A stretch of DNA of 64,000 nucleotides, taken from Paramoeba atlantica (Eukaryota > Protista > Discosea). The stretch lies in assembly GCA_977017575.1 (NCBI GenBank), contig CDRNVI010000019.1, forward strand, positions 576,630-640,629, given 5' to 3'. The position numbers and the translations under genes were made by a program. This document shows positions 31,694-42,287 of the stretch, piece by piece; the first letter of the stretch is position 1, and the number at the start of each line of letters is the position of its first letter. Below the pieces are notes generated by a model, which saw only the letters and a program-made list of their open reading frames with translations, did not search any database and was not told the DNA's origin.

Positions 31694-34600
31694 TTATAGG
31701 CGCAATTCACTCATCCACTTCTCTGCTGGAATGTAGTCTCGGAGCTGCGACACTACCGTGTACGCTGACATTTTTTCGATTTCGAGCTGGAAAGCATTGC
31801 GCACGCTTTCATATTTAAGTTTCGCTCTTTGTGAGAGAGCCTTCAGCAACGCCTTAGTATCGTCATGTAGAAGGCCGCAATCTGTTGCAGCCAGACACTT
31901 AAACGAATCGCTATCGACACCCTTCTCAGTAACGTATTTCTTATATTTTCTGTCGGAGACCTGCTGCATAAGGGCAGAGCTGGTGTGTTTTGCGTAGCTT
32001 GAGCAGCACGTATGTACTATTGTGAAGTCGTAGAGTACCTCACCCATGTGAGGCCACATGATGGCCAGATCTGGACCTGAACGAATACGGCGTGCTTTGC
32101 AAGGATGTTGCGCGGCGACATCTGCTGAGATAGTGCACTTACATTTAGTGCAATGATACGAGGAGTAGATGCGGGGTTCGATCACGCTAGGAAGGCCTGC
32201 TTTTGAGCACAACTCTGAGAGATACCGGACGATATGTGAATGTTTGCGTGTGGAGTTCATCCCGGAGCATCGGGAGCATCCAGCAACGTGGGGAATAATG
32301 GTGGAGGGTGATTCTTGATTAGAACAGCCGGGGCATGTTACTTTGGCCGGTGCCTTAGGCAAGCCAATTCCTAAGCGCATCATGAGCGTATATCGGAATA
32401 GGTATGGGTTAACGTAGTTGCTGGTGTTTTCGAGGTGGATATTAGCCTCTTTAGTGCGTTTTATGATGTTCGCTGCGGTGGAGTCTTTCTGTATTTCTGT
32501 CAATTGTTTTTCGTGAGCTTGACTCATGATCTTCTTAAGCGATTTGCGGGCCTTTTCTGCGCGGCTCTGAATTTTAGCTTTGCTCTTGTCATTGCCTTGC
32601 GAATCTACCGGAGCTTTATTGGGTTCCAAGTGCTCTTCAATAGATTCTCGGGCTGCTGCGAAGTAGTGCTGCTGTTTCAGAGTGCAAGAAGTCAGTCCTA
32701 ATCCACCTAATTTTTGCGGGAGAGCTGCGAGCTTAAGTGCCTGGGCGTCCGCGCCGCACCATTTCTGCAAGACTTCGTGTACGTGGCTTTCAAAAGAATG
32801 TGCCAGACGCCGAGTGGCCTCCGGGCGGTGAACTCTCAGATGATAGTCTTGACGTGGAATTGTACATCGGCGAAGAATCGCGAGAGAAAGGTTACTGGGG
32901 CCCATGAGAAGTAAACGGCGGAAAAGGCATTTATGCTTACTGAGTTTGCGCAGGAGAAGATCCTCTACCACATTATCTTTCCCGATATAGGCTCCCAGAA
33001 TCTTGATCGAATCAGTGCAAAGCTTGACGCCTAGATTATGCAAAGAGAACGGTTCGTATGTGGTATTTTTCTGGAAAAATTCGCATTTCTGAAAGTTGAC
33101 GCGTAGATTGAGCTCGCCTGTGATTTCACGTAAGTGCAGGAACGCAGCTTCGAGTGACTGTACGTTTGTAGAGCTGAGAGTCACATCGTCTTGATATGCT
33201 CGTATTTTGACGTCGGGGTATAAGCTTGCGATCTCGCGAATGGGACCGTGTAAAAGTGCACAGAAGTACATGGAGGATAATGATGAGCCTTGTCGAATTC
33301 CTGACGAACTTTCGATGGTCGCGAAAAGAGCGTTGTGTGCGAAAAACAAAAGTTCGGATGAGAGGCCGTATTCAAGGTAAAACAGTCGCATAAAAGGTTT
33401 GAACACAGGATTCTCTAGTAGTGCTTGTGTTATGGCGTCGCGTCGTGGAGTGTTGTATGCGTTCGTGAAATCTACCGTAATCAATGCGCATCCATCCTCG
33501 TATTCTTGTAGTAGCTCATGCACTATTGATTCACATGCGCTCTTGTGGAGAACGCCCCGCTGCATAGGCGAAAAGTATTTTCGTAGTGCACATTCATGTC
33601 GCTCGAGTAAAATGGATCCGCAGATTTTTAGGATCGTCTCCCCCATGGCGACTGGCCGTATACCGTTTTGTGGCTTCGGAAGAGCAATAATTCGGCAACG
33701 AGTGAGACGCTTCCGCACGCTTACAGGCACGTCGCCATTGATAACGTCGCGAATCATATGGCATAATGAAAGGCATGCTTCTTCATCTTCAACAAGCAAA
33801 CGCATCATGCTCTCACTAAGCCCGCTTGGTCCCGGAGATGCCCCTCGCGCAAGTTTTTCGACTGCAAGGCGGAGTTCTGATTTATCTACAACGCCGATCC
33901 GTGGAAAGTCAGCTTCCGGAATTTCAATACTAGGCCCCTCGGGATGCAAATCGCGAAGTTTCTGTAATTTTTCATGCGCTGTAAGATTGGAGACCTTGTA
34001 AACGTTGTCGAGAATTCGAGTGGCTTTCCCGATGTTTCCAGCTCGAGCGGTCGTTAAAGCATTCTTGATCGAGCGACGGTCGACGCCAAGTTCTTCCCTT
34101 TGTTCTATGCTGAGTGTTTCGTTTTCCGATGGATCCGCTTGTTTGTTTATGTGTCCGACTCGTTGATTTTGCCGAGAAAGTTGACGAATAGTAGCGAGCG
34201 AGTCTCTTGGTGCGTTCAAAAATTTATGCCAGATAGCTGTTTTCTCAGAGTCAAGTTCTACCGATGGATACCCACGAAGTATGGCTCGGAAGATGGCGAC
34301 TACATGGATTGAAAAAGATGAATCAATGGGTACCATCGTGGGCAGCGGCTCGAGATCACTTTGACCATTTTCATCGCTAGACACGTTGTCGGCGTGTTCT
34401 TCTAAATTCCGCGTAATTGTTTCGACTTTGATCAGTTTCGTGGCTCGTATCGAACAGATTCTGATCCTGTTTGTGTGTGGAAGATAAAGAAAGCCACTGG
34501 GACCTTTGCTGCCTTGAGCTGGATTGTAAGAGATTTTGACTTTGACCATTCCTTTTCGTGAGGTCCTACCTACGACGATGCCTTTCGACGTGTAATTTAC

Positions 34601-35233
34601 CGTGTCTTGTCGGAAGCCCCACTCGATAACACATTCCGTGCCTTTGCCCCACTTTGCTACCATGTTGTGCACATGATCCGGTGCTTTGGAAAGAGCACTT
34701 CTGTTTGCCAGATCTGCTATGACCTCGTTATCGCTGTCAAGAGACATATCTTCGCTCTCGTCTTCGTAATGTTCCTCTTCCGAGTCAATATCCGGTGTTG
34801 TCTCTTGTTGTGGTTCTTGACGTGGCTGTTCGTCGAAAGATGTCAATCGAAAGGTCTTAGGCGTGATTTTGATTTTGATTTTGTCGCTGTGCGCACTGTT
34901 CTGTTCGCCGTGATCAGCCCAGTCTTTTGGCAGAGGTGTAGATCCGACGATTCGAATTCTTGGGGTTTTCTTTGGTTTGGACATTTCATGCGTAATTCGG
35001 CCATCTCCTGTGGTGAGATCGGGTAAGTCTGACGCCGTGTGATTTCCGGAGCGTTCCTTCATTCCCTCTTTCCGCGAAACTTGTAGAATCTTGATCATTG
35101 AGCCGTCTGAGGAAACCGTTGTTGTGCTCTTCTTTTCTTTGCCACGCTTTCCTTTTTCACGTGATTTCTCTGTTGTACGACTTGTCTTCAGGTCTGAATT
35201 TTTGCTCACGACTGAGCGGGAAGGGCGTGTCAT
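31694..35233 (-). CDS. Full-length CRE-A retrotransposon protein (~1179 aa from ATG 35233)
   Basis: Same motif set as 22945-26445 (YQDD). SL 27 nt upstream; poly(A) near 31477-31494. Confidence 0.92.
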   Translation of the reverse strand: MTRPSRSVVSKNSDLKTSRTTEKSREKGKRGKEKKSTTTVSSDGSMIKILQVSRKEGMKERSGNHTASDLPDLTTGDGRITHEMSKPKKTPRIRIVGSTPLPKDWADHGEQNSAHSDKIKIKITPKTFRLTSFDEQPRQEPQQETTPDIDSEEEHYEDESEDMSLDSDNEVIADLANRSALSKAPDHVHNMVAKWGKGTECVIEWGFRQDTVNYTSKGIVVGRTSRKGMVKVKISYNPAQGSKGPSGFLYLPHTNRIRICSIRATKLIKVETITRNLEEHADNVSSDENGQSDLEPLPTMVPIDSSFSIHVVAIFRAILRGYPSVELDSEKTAIWHKFLNAPRDSLATIRQLSRQNQRVGHINKQADPSENETLSIEQREELGVDRRSIKNALTTARAGNIGKATRILDNVYKVSNLTAHEKLQKLRDLHPEGPSIEIPEADFPRIGVVDKSELRLAVEKLARGASPGPSGLSESMMRLLVEDEEACLSLCHMIRDVINGDVPVSVRKRLTRCRIIALPKPQNGIRPVAMGETILKICGSILLERHECALRKYFSPMQRGVLHKSACESIVHELLQEYEDGCALITVDFTNAYNTPRRDAITQALLENPVFKPFMRLFYLEYGLSSELLFFAHNALFATIESSSGIRQGSSLSSMYFCALLHGPIREIASLYPDVKIRAYQDDVTLSSTNVQSLEAAFLHLREITGELNLRVNFQKCEFFQKNTTYEPFSLHNLGVKLCTDSIKILGAYIGKDNVVEDLLLRKLSKHKCLFRRLLLMGPSNLSLAILRRCTIPRQDYHLRVHRPEATRRLAHSFESHVHEVLQKWCGADAQALKLAALPQKLGGLGLTSCTLKQQHYFAAARESIEEHLEPNKAPVDSQGNDKSKAKIQSRAEKARKSLKKIMSQAHEKQLTEIQKDSTAANIIKRTKEANIHLENTSNYVNPYLFRYTLMMRLGIGLPKAPAKVTCPGCSNQESPSTIIPHVAGCSRCSGMNSTRKHSHIVRYLSELCSKAGLPSVIEPRIYSSYHCTKCKCTISADVAAQHPCKARRIRSGPDLAIMWPHMGEVLYDFTIVHTCCSSYAKHTSSALMQQVSDRKYKKYVTEKGVDSDSFKCLAATDCGLLHDDTKALLKALSQRAKLKYESVRNAFQLEIEKMSAYTVVSQLRDYIPAEKWMSELRL

Positions 35234-35260
35234 AACGATTGAGATAATAAGAAAATAAAT

Positions 35261-35299
35261 CAACAAGGTACAGAAACTGTATCTTTATCGTTAAAGTTT
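35261..35299 (-). other. Full-length SL copy
   Basis: AAACTTTAACGATAAAGATACAGTTTCTGTACCTTGTTG on the minus strand. Confidence 0.9.
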
Positions 35300-36410
35300 C
35301 TGTACTACAGTTGGTGAAGGCAGTTACTTTTGCAGTGTTAGTTTTTAGCATGACGCTCCCTTCTGGATGTCGAAGTGTCGGGTTGCTGTTCTCGTGTTCT
35401 TTACTTTGTTGTACTAAATTCAACTGTTTGTTCCGTCGACTAAAAAAGCTGGACGAGAGGAGCGAGTTCTTGAATCGAATACGGCAGTTGGATTTCGAAT
35501 GTTTATCGACTTCTTTGCTGGCCATCCCATCGCTCGGTGGCATGTTTGGCGCTTCGCTGGATCTGTCTTGACATCTTGGGGAATGATTCATCGAACTCGT
35601 ATGATTTTTAGCAGAATTTAGTGGATCATGGAGGTCTGGAGCTGATAACGGTGTCAGAGGTGGCAGCGACGGCGGTGGCAACGGCGGTGGCAAATCTGGC
35701 GATTCAGGGCTCGGGCGTGTAGTTTGCGTCGTGATGATTGCTGAAAGTTGATGGCTCTCAGTTTGCATCGCCGTAACGCTGGCGCGGGCTTTCCGCGACA
35801 GCGCATGCATGCTCGATTGCGTAAAGGGTGTGACCTGCACCAGTGCAGCTGGAGTGGACGGCGGAGCAAGTAAAGGTGGCGGCGCAGCGCAATGGGACGG
35901 CTGCGGCTGTGGCGGCAAGAGGATGGTGGCGGCAAGAGGCTGTGGCGGCAGGGTCTCAGGAGCTTTCTTTTTTTGCCGCGAAGGTGGCGATCGCTGCGGC
36001 GGCGGCGGCGACTGTTGCGGTGTTGTGGTCGCTGGAGGCTCTGGACTGTTGCGGTGGTGGAGGCGCTGGTGGTCTGAGCACGTGGAGGGTGTGACCTGCA
36101 CCAGTGCAGCGGGAGGCGGCAGCGGCGGCGCAATGGGGGGGAACGGAGGGGCAGCGGGAGAGCAGACGTCGCAGAGAGGCAACGCAGCAGATTGTATAAT
36201 CCGTGGCGGCGACTGTGGCAAATCCTCAGAAGGTTTCTTTTTTTGCCCCGAATGTGGCGATCGCTGCTGCAGCGGTGGCGAATGCTGCGGTGTTGTGGGC
36301 GGCAGCCCCACTTCAAGCGTTTTCTTCTTCCCTCGTCGGGACGGCGGCAGCGGTACAACCTCTGGAGCTACTCCAGTGTCCTTCGCCCTGCTCCGCGTGA
36401 ACATTCCCAT
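35300..36410 (-). pseudogene. Pro/Ser-rich low-complexity ORF, probably the 3'-truncated N-terminus of another retroelement family
   Basis: Starts MGMFTRSRAKDTGVAPE. An SL-capped paralogue starts MGVFTRSKAKESGVAPE at 43884. It has an internal ~270-bp imperfect duplication and no catalytic motif. Confidence 0.5.
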
Positions 36411-37105
36411 TAAGTAAAAGTAAGAAGTTGAATACAACACCTTGGACAAACTAGCGAACGAGGCAGCAGTCGAACTCGTGCGTGAACCAGTGAATCCCTC
36501 AACCACAGCGTGTAGAGTTATAAATTCTACGGCCGAATGCGGCCATAAGTGCCGTGATAAGGCCTCATGTCTACATTCCTGTTGTAAGCGGCATTTAGGA
36601 GTAGCGAAGGATAATGTCAACATTTCTTTGTCATAATAGTCGAACACTTAGCCACTTAGTCAGAAAGTGGTATATTATTATTATTATTATTAGGTCGACG
36701 ATGCTTCTTTTTCCGCCTCCCAAAACCAATGTCGTCCAGAGTTTCCAGAGTTTTTTTTTTTTTTTTTTTTTTTTTTGTGGGACTAGATCAGCTCCGACTT
36801 TGTCGTTAAATGAAAAAAAGGAACAAAAACAAAGGTCTTAACACAAACCCGTGGAGCGCATATATTATATACGCGCAGATTACTATCAAATGTTCACATT
36901 CTAATAAACTAAAATCCCTTTCTTTTTTTTTTTTTTTTTTTTTGCTTGAAGGACCTAATATATTCGTTGTCGTAATATAGTGCGTTGTCGCATTCGTTGG
37001 TACTTTCAAAGCTCTTTTTGCGATCGCTGAAAGGACCTAATATATTCGAAGGCAACTAATCAATCGTGTGGAAGGCAAACATTGCTTTCGCAAAGTAAAT
37101 AAAAC

Positions 37106-37117
37106 CAACAAGGTACA
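37106..37117 (-). other. SL 3' relic (12 nt) ahead of a short leader and ATG
   Basis: TGTACCTTGTTG + gttttatttactttgcgaaagca + ATG (37082). Confidence 0.6.
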
Positions 37118-37184
37118 CCTTATACCTTATATCCCATACCGTAAACTTATAATAGCTATATTAATTATACTTTTTTTTTCCTCA

Positions 37185-37202
37185 AGTTTCTGTACCTTGT
37201 TG
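37185..37202 (+). other. 5'-truncated SL copy (18 nt)
   Basis: AGTTTCTGTACCTTGTTG, 23 nt before ATG 37226. Confidence 0.85.
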
Positions 37203-37225
37203 TTTTTATTTTTATTTTTACTCGT

Positions 37226-40200
37226 ATGAACACGCAAAACGCCGAACAAATTATGAAGAGGGGATCAACGCTCGATAAGCCAAAGAAAACCCCCCGTGTG
37301 AGAGTTATTATGAGTGCAAAGGAATTATCGCCGAACTGGGCCGACCACGAGGTACATAGCAACTACCGACGGCCAAGGATAAAATTTTCTGATGCAAGGC
37401 CGACCTCACAAGAGTCCGAGAATGATTCCGATGAGGAGAGAGATTCATCCAAACATCCTGAAGATTGCGAAGGCGCCTCCGATGATACCACAGGCGAAGA
37501 ATCTGATGTGATGTCGGTGGATGAGGAAGTGACGTCGATGGATGGGGAAGTGGGGCAACGCAAAAACGAAGAATTTCCGAAGGCTCCAGATCACATCAAC
37601 ACCATTATCCATGAATGGGGCAAAGGAACGACGTGCGAACTGAGATGGGGATTCAAAAAAGAGCAGAAATATGCCTCAAAAGGAGTAGTGGTGAAGAGGA
37701 CTGTCCGAAAAGGTATTGTAAAGCTGAAGGTGGAATACAAGCCAAGCGACGGAGACAATGGACCCTCTGGTTTTATCTACCTTCCTCCATCTGCAAAAGT
37801 GAAAATTTGGTCCATTAAGGCACTGTGTCTAAATAAAGTAAAAAGCGTCGATGTGTCAATGGAAAACACTGGAAATTCAGAGAACAAGGAGGAGCGAGGC
37901 ATTGAGGGAACATCTGATTTGGAACCGCTGCCAAAGATGGCACAAATTGATCCAACGTTTGCCGTCCATGTAATCGCGATTTTTCGTTCCATTATTAAAG
38001 CGTACCCGAAGGCTCAGACAGAAGCAGAAAGAACTGTTATCTGGCACAAACTCCTCGATACACCACGGGACTCTTTGGCCACAATCCGTCTAAACTACCT
38101 ACGGCGCCAGAGCTCCGTACAGCGTCGAGGGAGACGTGAGTGGGAAACTATCGATACGAACATTACCGAGGAAGAACGACTTGTACAAGAAGTAGACAAA
38201 CGATCAATTCGAAATGCATTGCAAGCAGCAAAGGCAGGAAATCTTGGAAAAGCTACCCGCATACTCGACAATGTTTACAAGGACTCTGCTCTTCCACTCT
38301 GGGAAAAGGTTGACAAACTTCGAGATCTACACCCCAAAGGCCCTACACCTCAAACTTCTGATCGAGACTTCCCGCGAATTGCGATATTGGAACCTTCTGA
38401 ACTTCGTCTAGCGACTGAAAAATTGTCAAAAGGTGCAGCTCCTGGCCCGACAGGTCTGAGTGAAAGCATGATGCGAATTTTAGTGGAGGACGAAGAATCC
38501 TGCCTTTCACTCTGCCACATGCTGAGAGACGTCATAAATGGGGAAGTTGCGAAAAGTGTCCGAGTAAGATTAACACGATGCAGAATGATAGCCCTTGCAA
38601 AACCGAACAATGGAATACGACCGGTTGCAATGGGGGAAACGCTGCTAAAAATTTGCAGTTGTATCCTCCTTGAGCGCCATGCGAACTCCTTGTCAGACAT
38701 ATTCCAACCGATCCAAAGAGGCATATTACAAAAGAATGCATGTGAGTCCATTGTACATGAACTTTTGGAAGAGCATGAAGCTGGAGCCACAATTTTGACG
38801 ATTGACTTCAAGAATGCATACAATACGCCACAACGTACGGCAATAGAAGAAGCGCTCCTTCAATACCCGGTATTCAAACACTTTATGCGAATGTTCTATT
38901 TTGAATATGGTCAACCATCGGAACTTTTATTTTTCGCCAACGACTCATTACATTCCGTGATCGAAAGCTCGTCTGGGGTCCGTCAAGGATCAGCACTCTC
39001 TTCGGTTTATTTTTGCGCACTGCTACAAGGTCCTTTGAAAGAAATTGCGAAGCTCTATCCAGAGGTTACTATCAGAGCCTACCAGGACGATGTGACGATG
39101 AGCTCCAAAAATGAGTCGTCTTTGGAAGTTGCGTTCCTTCACCTCAAAGAACTAGCAAGTGGTCTGAATCTTGAAATTAATTCCCGTAAATGCGAAGTAT
39201 TCCAAGGCAACAGTTCAACGAATAATCGAGGGATGGATCTCAAGGAACTTGGGGTGGAAGACTGTGTGGATTCCATCAAGGTCCTAGGAGCATACATCGG
39301 GCATAATAAAGCCGTTGAACGAAAGCTCTTGGAGAAGTTAGGGAAACATAAATGTTTATTTCGAAGACTTCGCGCTATGGGTCCCAGCAACTTGTCACTA
39401 GCGATTCTCAAGCGATGTACCATACCCCGTCATGATTACCACCTTCGAGTCCACAAACCTGGAGCTTCGTTTCTTCTTGCCCAGGTGTTCGACGAGGAAA
39501 TCCATGAGATCTTAAAGAAATGGTGTGGTGCAGATAGTGAAGCACTTAAACTCTCTGCCCTCCCATGTAAAATGGGAGGTCTAGGAATCACCTCAACCGT
39601 TCTAAAGCAACGCTACTTTTTCGAAGCGTCCCTAAAATCTATTGATGAGCGATCGAAACCCATTAATGCTCCGGTAGATAAGGGAGGCAAGAAACAAGCC
39701 GACAGCACACGAACGAATTCACAAGCTGCACGCACCCAGCTAAGAAAGAGCATGAAGAATGAACACGAGAAGACAGCAGCAGAATTGAATGCAATACCGA
39801 GATTCCAAAATATCATAAAGCGAACGAAGGAGGCGAACAATCACTTAGATTCAACGTGCAACTACGTAAATCCATATCTTTTTCGTTACACTCTAATGAT
39901 GCGCCTAGGAATTGCTCTAAGTAATGTGCCAGGCGAGATTACATGCCCTGGATGTGGAACAATCGAAACATCAAGCAAAATCATTCCTCACGTAGCGGGA
40001 TGTTCACGATGTGCTGGCATGAATTGCACGAGAAAACATTCTCATTTGGTACGCTATATTGCCGAAATGTGTTCCAAAGCTGGTCTTCCATGTGCGATCG
40101 AACCTCGTATTCATGCGTCCTTTTTTTGCACCAAATGCAAGTGCTCAATTTCCCCAGAAGCGGCGGAATACCATCCTTGCCGAGCGCGTCGAATTAGATC

Positions 40201-40585
40201 TGGCCCAGACCTAGCGATTATGTGGCCAGATGTTGGAGAAATTTTATACGACGTTACCGTGGTACATACGTGCTGCAGCAGCTATGCAAAGCAGAGCAGC
40301 AATGCCCTGCTGCAGAGTGCGGAAGAGCGGAAGATAGCAAAATATGTCAAAGAAAAAGGTCTTGATCCAGAATGCTTTCGCTGCATAGCTGTGACAGATT
40401 GTGGAGTACTACATGAAGAGACAAAGGTTTTGCTGAAAACATTGGCGAAAAGAAATGATGTTGATTACAAGATTGTACGAGAAGCTTTTCAACTTGAACT
40501 GGAAAAATATTCAGCCTATGCAGTCGTCTCTCAATTGCGCCAATATATAGAAACCGAGAAATGGGTAGGAGGACTCCGTCTTTAA
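37226..40585 (+). CDS. Full-length CRE-A retrotransposon protein (1119 aa)
   Basis: RPVAMGE, IDFKNAYN, GVRQGS, YQDD, CPGC..H..GC, RSGPDL..YD. Confidence 0.92.
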   Translation: MNTQNAEQIMKRGSTLDKPKKTPRVRVIMSAKELSPNWADHEVHSNYRRPRIKFSDARPTSQESENDSDEERDSSKHPEDCEGASDDTTGEESDVMSVDEEVTSMDGEVGQRKNEEFPKAPDHINTIIHEWGKGTTCELRWGFKKEQKYASKGVVVKRTVRKGIVKLKVEYKPSDGDNGPSGFIYLPPSAKVKIWSIKALCLNKVKSVDVSMENTGNSENKEERGIEGTSDLEPLPKMAQIDPTFAVHVIAIFRSIIKAYPKAQTEAERTVIWHKLLDTPRDSLATIRLNYLRRQSSVQRRGRREWETIDTNITEEERLVQEVDKRSIRNALQAAKAGNLGKATRILDNVYKDSALPLWEKVDKLRDLHPKGPTPQTSDRDFPRIAILEPSELRLATEKLSKGAAPGPTGLSESMMRILVEDEESCLSLCHMLRDVINGEVAKSVRVRLTRCRMIALAKPNNGIRPVAMGETLLKICSCILLERHANSLSDIFQPIQRGILQKNACESIVHELLEEHEAGATILTIDFKNAYNTPQRTAIEEALLQYPVFKHFMRMFYFEYGQPSELLFFANDSLHSVIESSSGVRQGSALSSVYFCALLQGPLKEIAKLYPEVTIRAYQDDVTMSSKNESSLEVAFLHLKELASGLNLEINSRKCEVFQGNSSTNNRGMDLKELGVEDCVDSIKVLGAYIGHNKAVERKLLEKLGKHKCLFRRLRAMGPSNLSLAILKRCTIPRHDYHLRVHKPGASFLLAQVFDEEIHEILKKWCGADSEALKLSALPCKMGGLGITSTVLKQRYFFEASLKSIDERSKPINAPVDKGGKKQADSTRTNSQAARTQLRKSMKNEHEKTAAELNAIPRFQNIIKRTKEANNHLDSTCNYVNPYLFRYTLMMRLGIALSNVPGEITCPGCGTIETSSKIIPHVAGCSRCAGMNCTRKHSHLVRYIAEMCSKAGLPCAIEPRIHASFFCTKCKCSISPEAAEYHPCRARRIRSGPDLAIMWPDVGEILYDVTVVHTCCSSYAKQSSNALLQSAEERKIAKYVKEKGLDPECFRCIAVTDCGVLHEETKVLLKTLAKRNDVDYKIVREAFQLELEKYSAYAVVSQLRQYIETEKWVGGLRL

Positions 40586-40604
40586 ACACTCCTCTGAATA
40601 TTAC

Positions 40605-40890
40605 ATTTTCGCTGCTTTTAACATTTCGTTAATAATGTTTCGTTGCTTTCAGCCTTTGGTGATTAATAATGTTTCGTTGCTTTCAGCCTTTGGTGATTAC
40701 TGTTTCGCTGCTTGGTTAGGTTTCAGCCTTTGGTTATTTTTGTTTTGCTGCTTGGTGATTATTGTTCCGCAGCTTTCAGCTCTTGGTTGTTACTGTTTCG
40801 CTGCTTTGGGTTATCACCGTTTCGCTGCTTTGAGTCGTCACTTTTTCGCTGCTTTCAGCATTCGGCTATTACTGTTTTGCTTTTTTGAGT
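40605..40890 (+). repeat. Degenerate minisatellite in the CRE-A 3' UTR
   Basis: Recurring TTTCGCTGCTTT and TTTCAGCCTTTGGT words. Confidence 0.7.
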
Positions 40891-41194
40891 AACATGTGAA
40901 TAAATAAAGGAACGGAAAACACGTGAAACTATTATTTTGAGTATACAGCAACATTGTATACTGCCATTGTATACTACAACAAGACGTTAAAGTCGTAAAA
41001 AAAAAGGGATGCTTGTCGGGCGTGGTACTGTCGTCTGGCGGCTCTACATTTTCGGGTACAAATAATGAAAGATGCATCATATTGGAAAAAAAAAAGTATG
41101 AACTGTATGCATTTTCGCGTGAAATTGATCAAGTTTCCAAGGTTTTTGTTTTTAATGTCAAATTCTAGAGGCCCATGTTTTGTGAATCGTCATT

Positions 41195-41734
41195 GATGAT
41201 GATGTATTGGGCCTTTTGACTCCGAAAAGTTATGGCCCCTCAACTCCCCAAACGGGCAGTCCGAATACGTCTTGCGACGTATCCGGAGAGCCAGCCATAG
41301 CAAGCTACGGCTGACCTCCGCTTGGAGAGGAGTTAGGTTACAGCTAGGGAGGTGGGGTGCGCTATACCCCTGCGCCTTAGGTAATGCAAATAAGGCGCCC
41401 CTTGACCAAAAAAAACCACTCTATCTTTTGAGGGTGGATAAAAAAAACACAAACGCATTCCAAAGATTAGCCCGAATGGCACCCACCCTAGTTTCTTAGT
41501 ACCTTGTTATATTCGGTACCGGGCGGTGCCACCCATTCTACGTTGCCAGAATGACATCCACCCTAATTATTTAGTGCCTCGTTTTACTGGCACCGGGTAG
41601 TGTCATCCATATTGTATTCATCGTATTCACCCTAGTTCTTTAGCGTCTTGTTATGCGACGCCGGGTGAGTTAGCTCGGGAAGCTGGGATCGCTAAGTCCC
41701 ATCATCCGACATAAGCCGGATGCCCTGACATAGA
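41195..41734 (-). mobile_element. SINE-like non-coding retroposon, copy 1, (CAT)n tail, 13-bp TSD
   Basis: TSD GTGAATCGTCATT at 41182-41194 and 41735-41747. Near-identical to 47141-47702. Inserted in the last codons of a CRE-C ORF. Confidence 0.9.
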
Positions 41735-42287
41735 GTGAATCGTCATTAGATAAATAATTTCTCAGCTGAGAGAATACAATGGACCCATTTAACTCCTGCA
41801 GGCACAGAGAAAATTCGGGGAGGGGGGGCACTCGATGAATATTCATCGAACGGACAGTGCGTTCGATGAATATTCATCGAACAGGACATCCTGTTCGATG
41901 AATGGATTGCAGTACGACCCGTTCGATGAATCATTCATCGAACAGGATGTCCTGTTCGATGAATGAAAACGCAATTTTTTTTGTAAAAAAATGCTCGACG
42001 AACGGAGCTTGGTTTTTTATTGTAAGCGAGATTGAAATACCGTTGGAAAAGGTTATAGTCCTTGCGCGCACTAATAGGGATCGTGAGGACACGTACAGAA
42101 ACAGCATCTTTATGTCTTGAAGGATTAAACCTTGCTTGCATGGTATTCTTGCGCCCAAAACAATTTTTTTTCATTTTTTTTTATTTTTTCTTGTTTTTTT
42201 TTAGCCAGTCAGGTTGAGCCCTGAGTCCCAGCAAAATAAGTAATACACAAAAAAAAGACTGCGTATGAACAAATATTATAAAAAGCA

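Noticed and set aside
36672-36692. (TTA)n run as the tail of another retroposon
   Set aside because: I found no flanking TSD, and it shows no similarity to the 45694-45881 insert.
36798-36810. SL-like 13-mer TTTAACGACAAAG on the minus strand
   Set aside because: It is AT-rich with one mismatch, has no SL 3' end and no downstream ORF. It may be chance.
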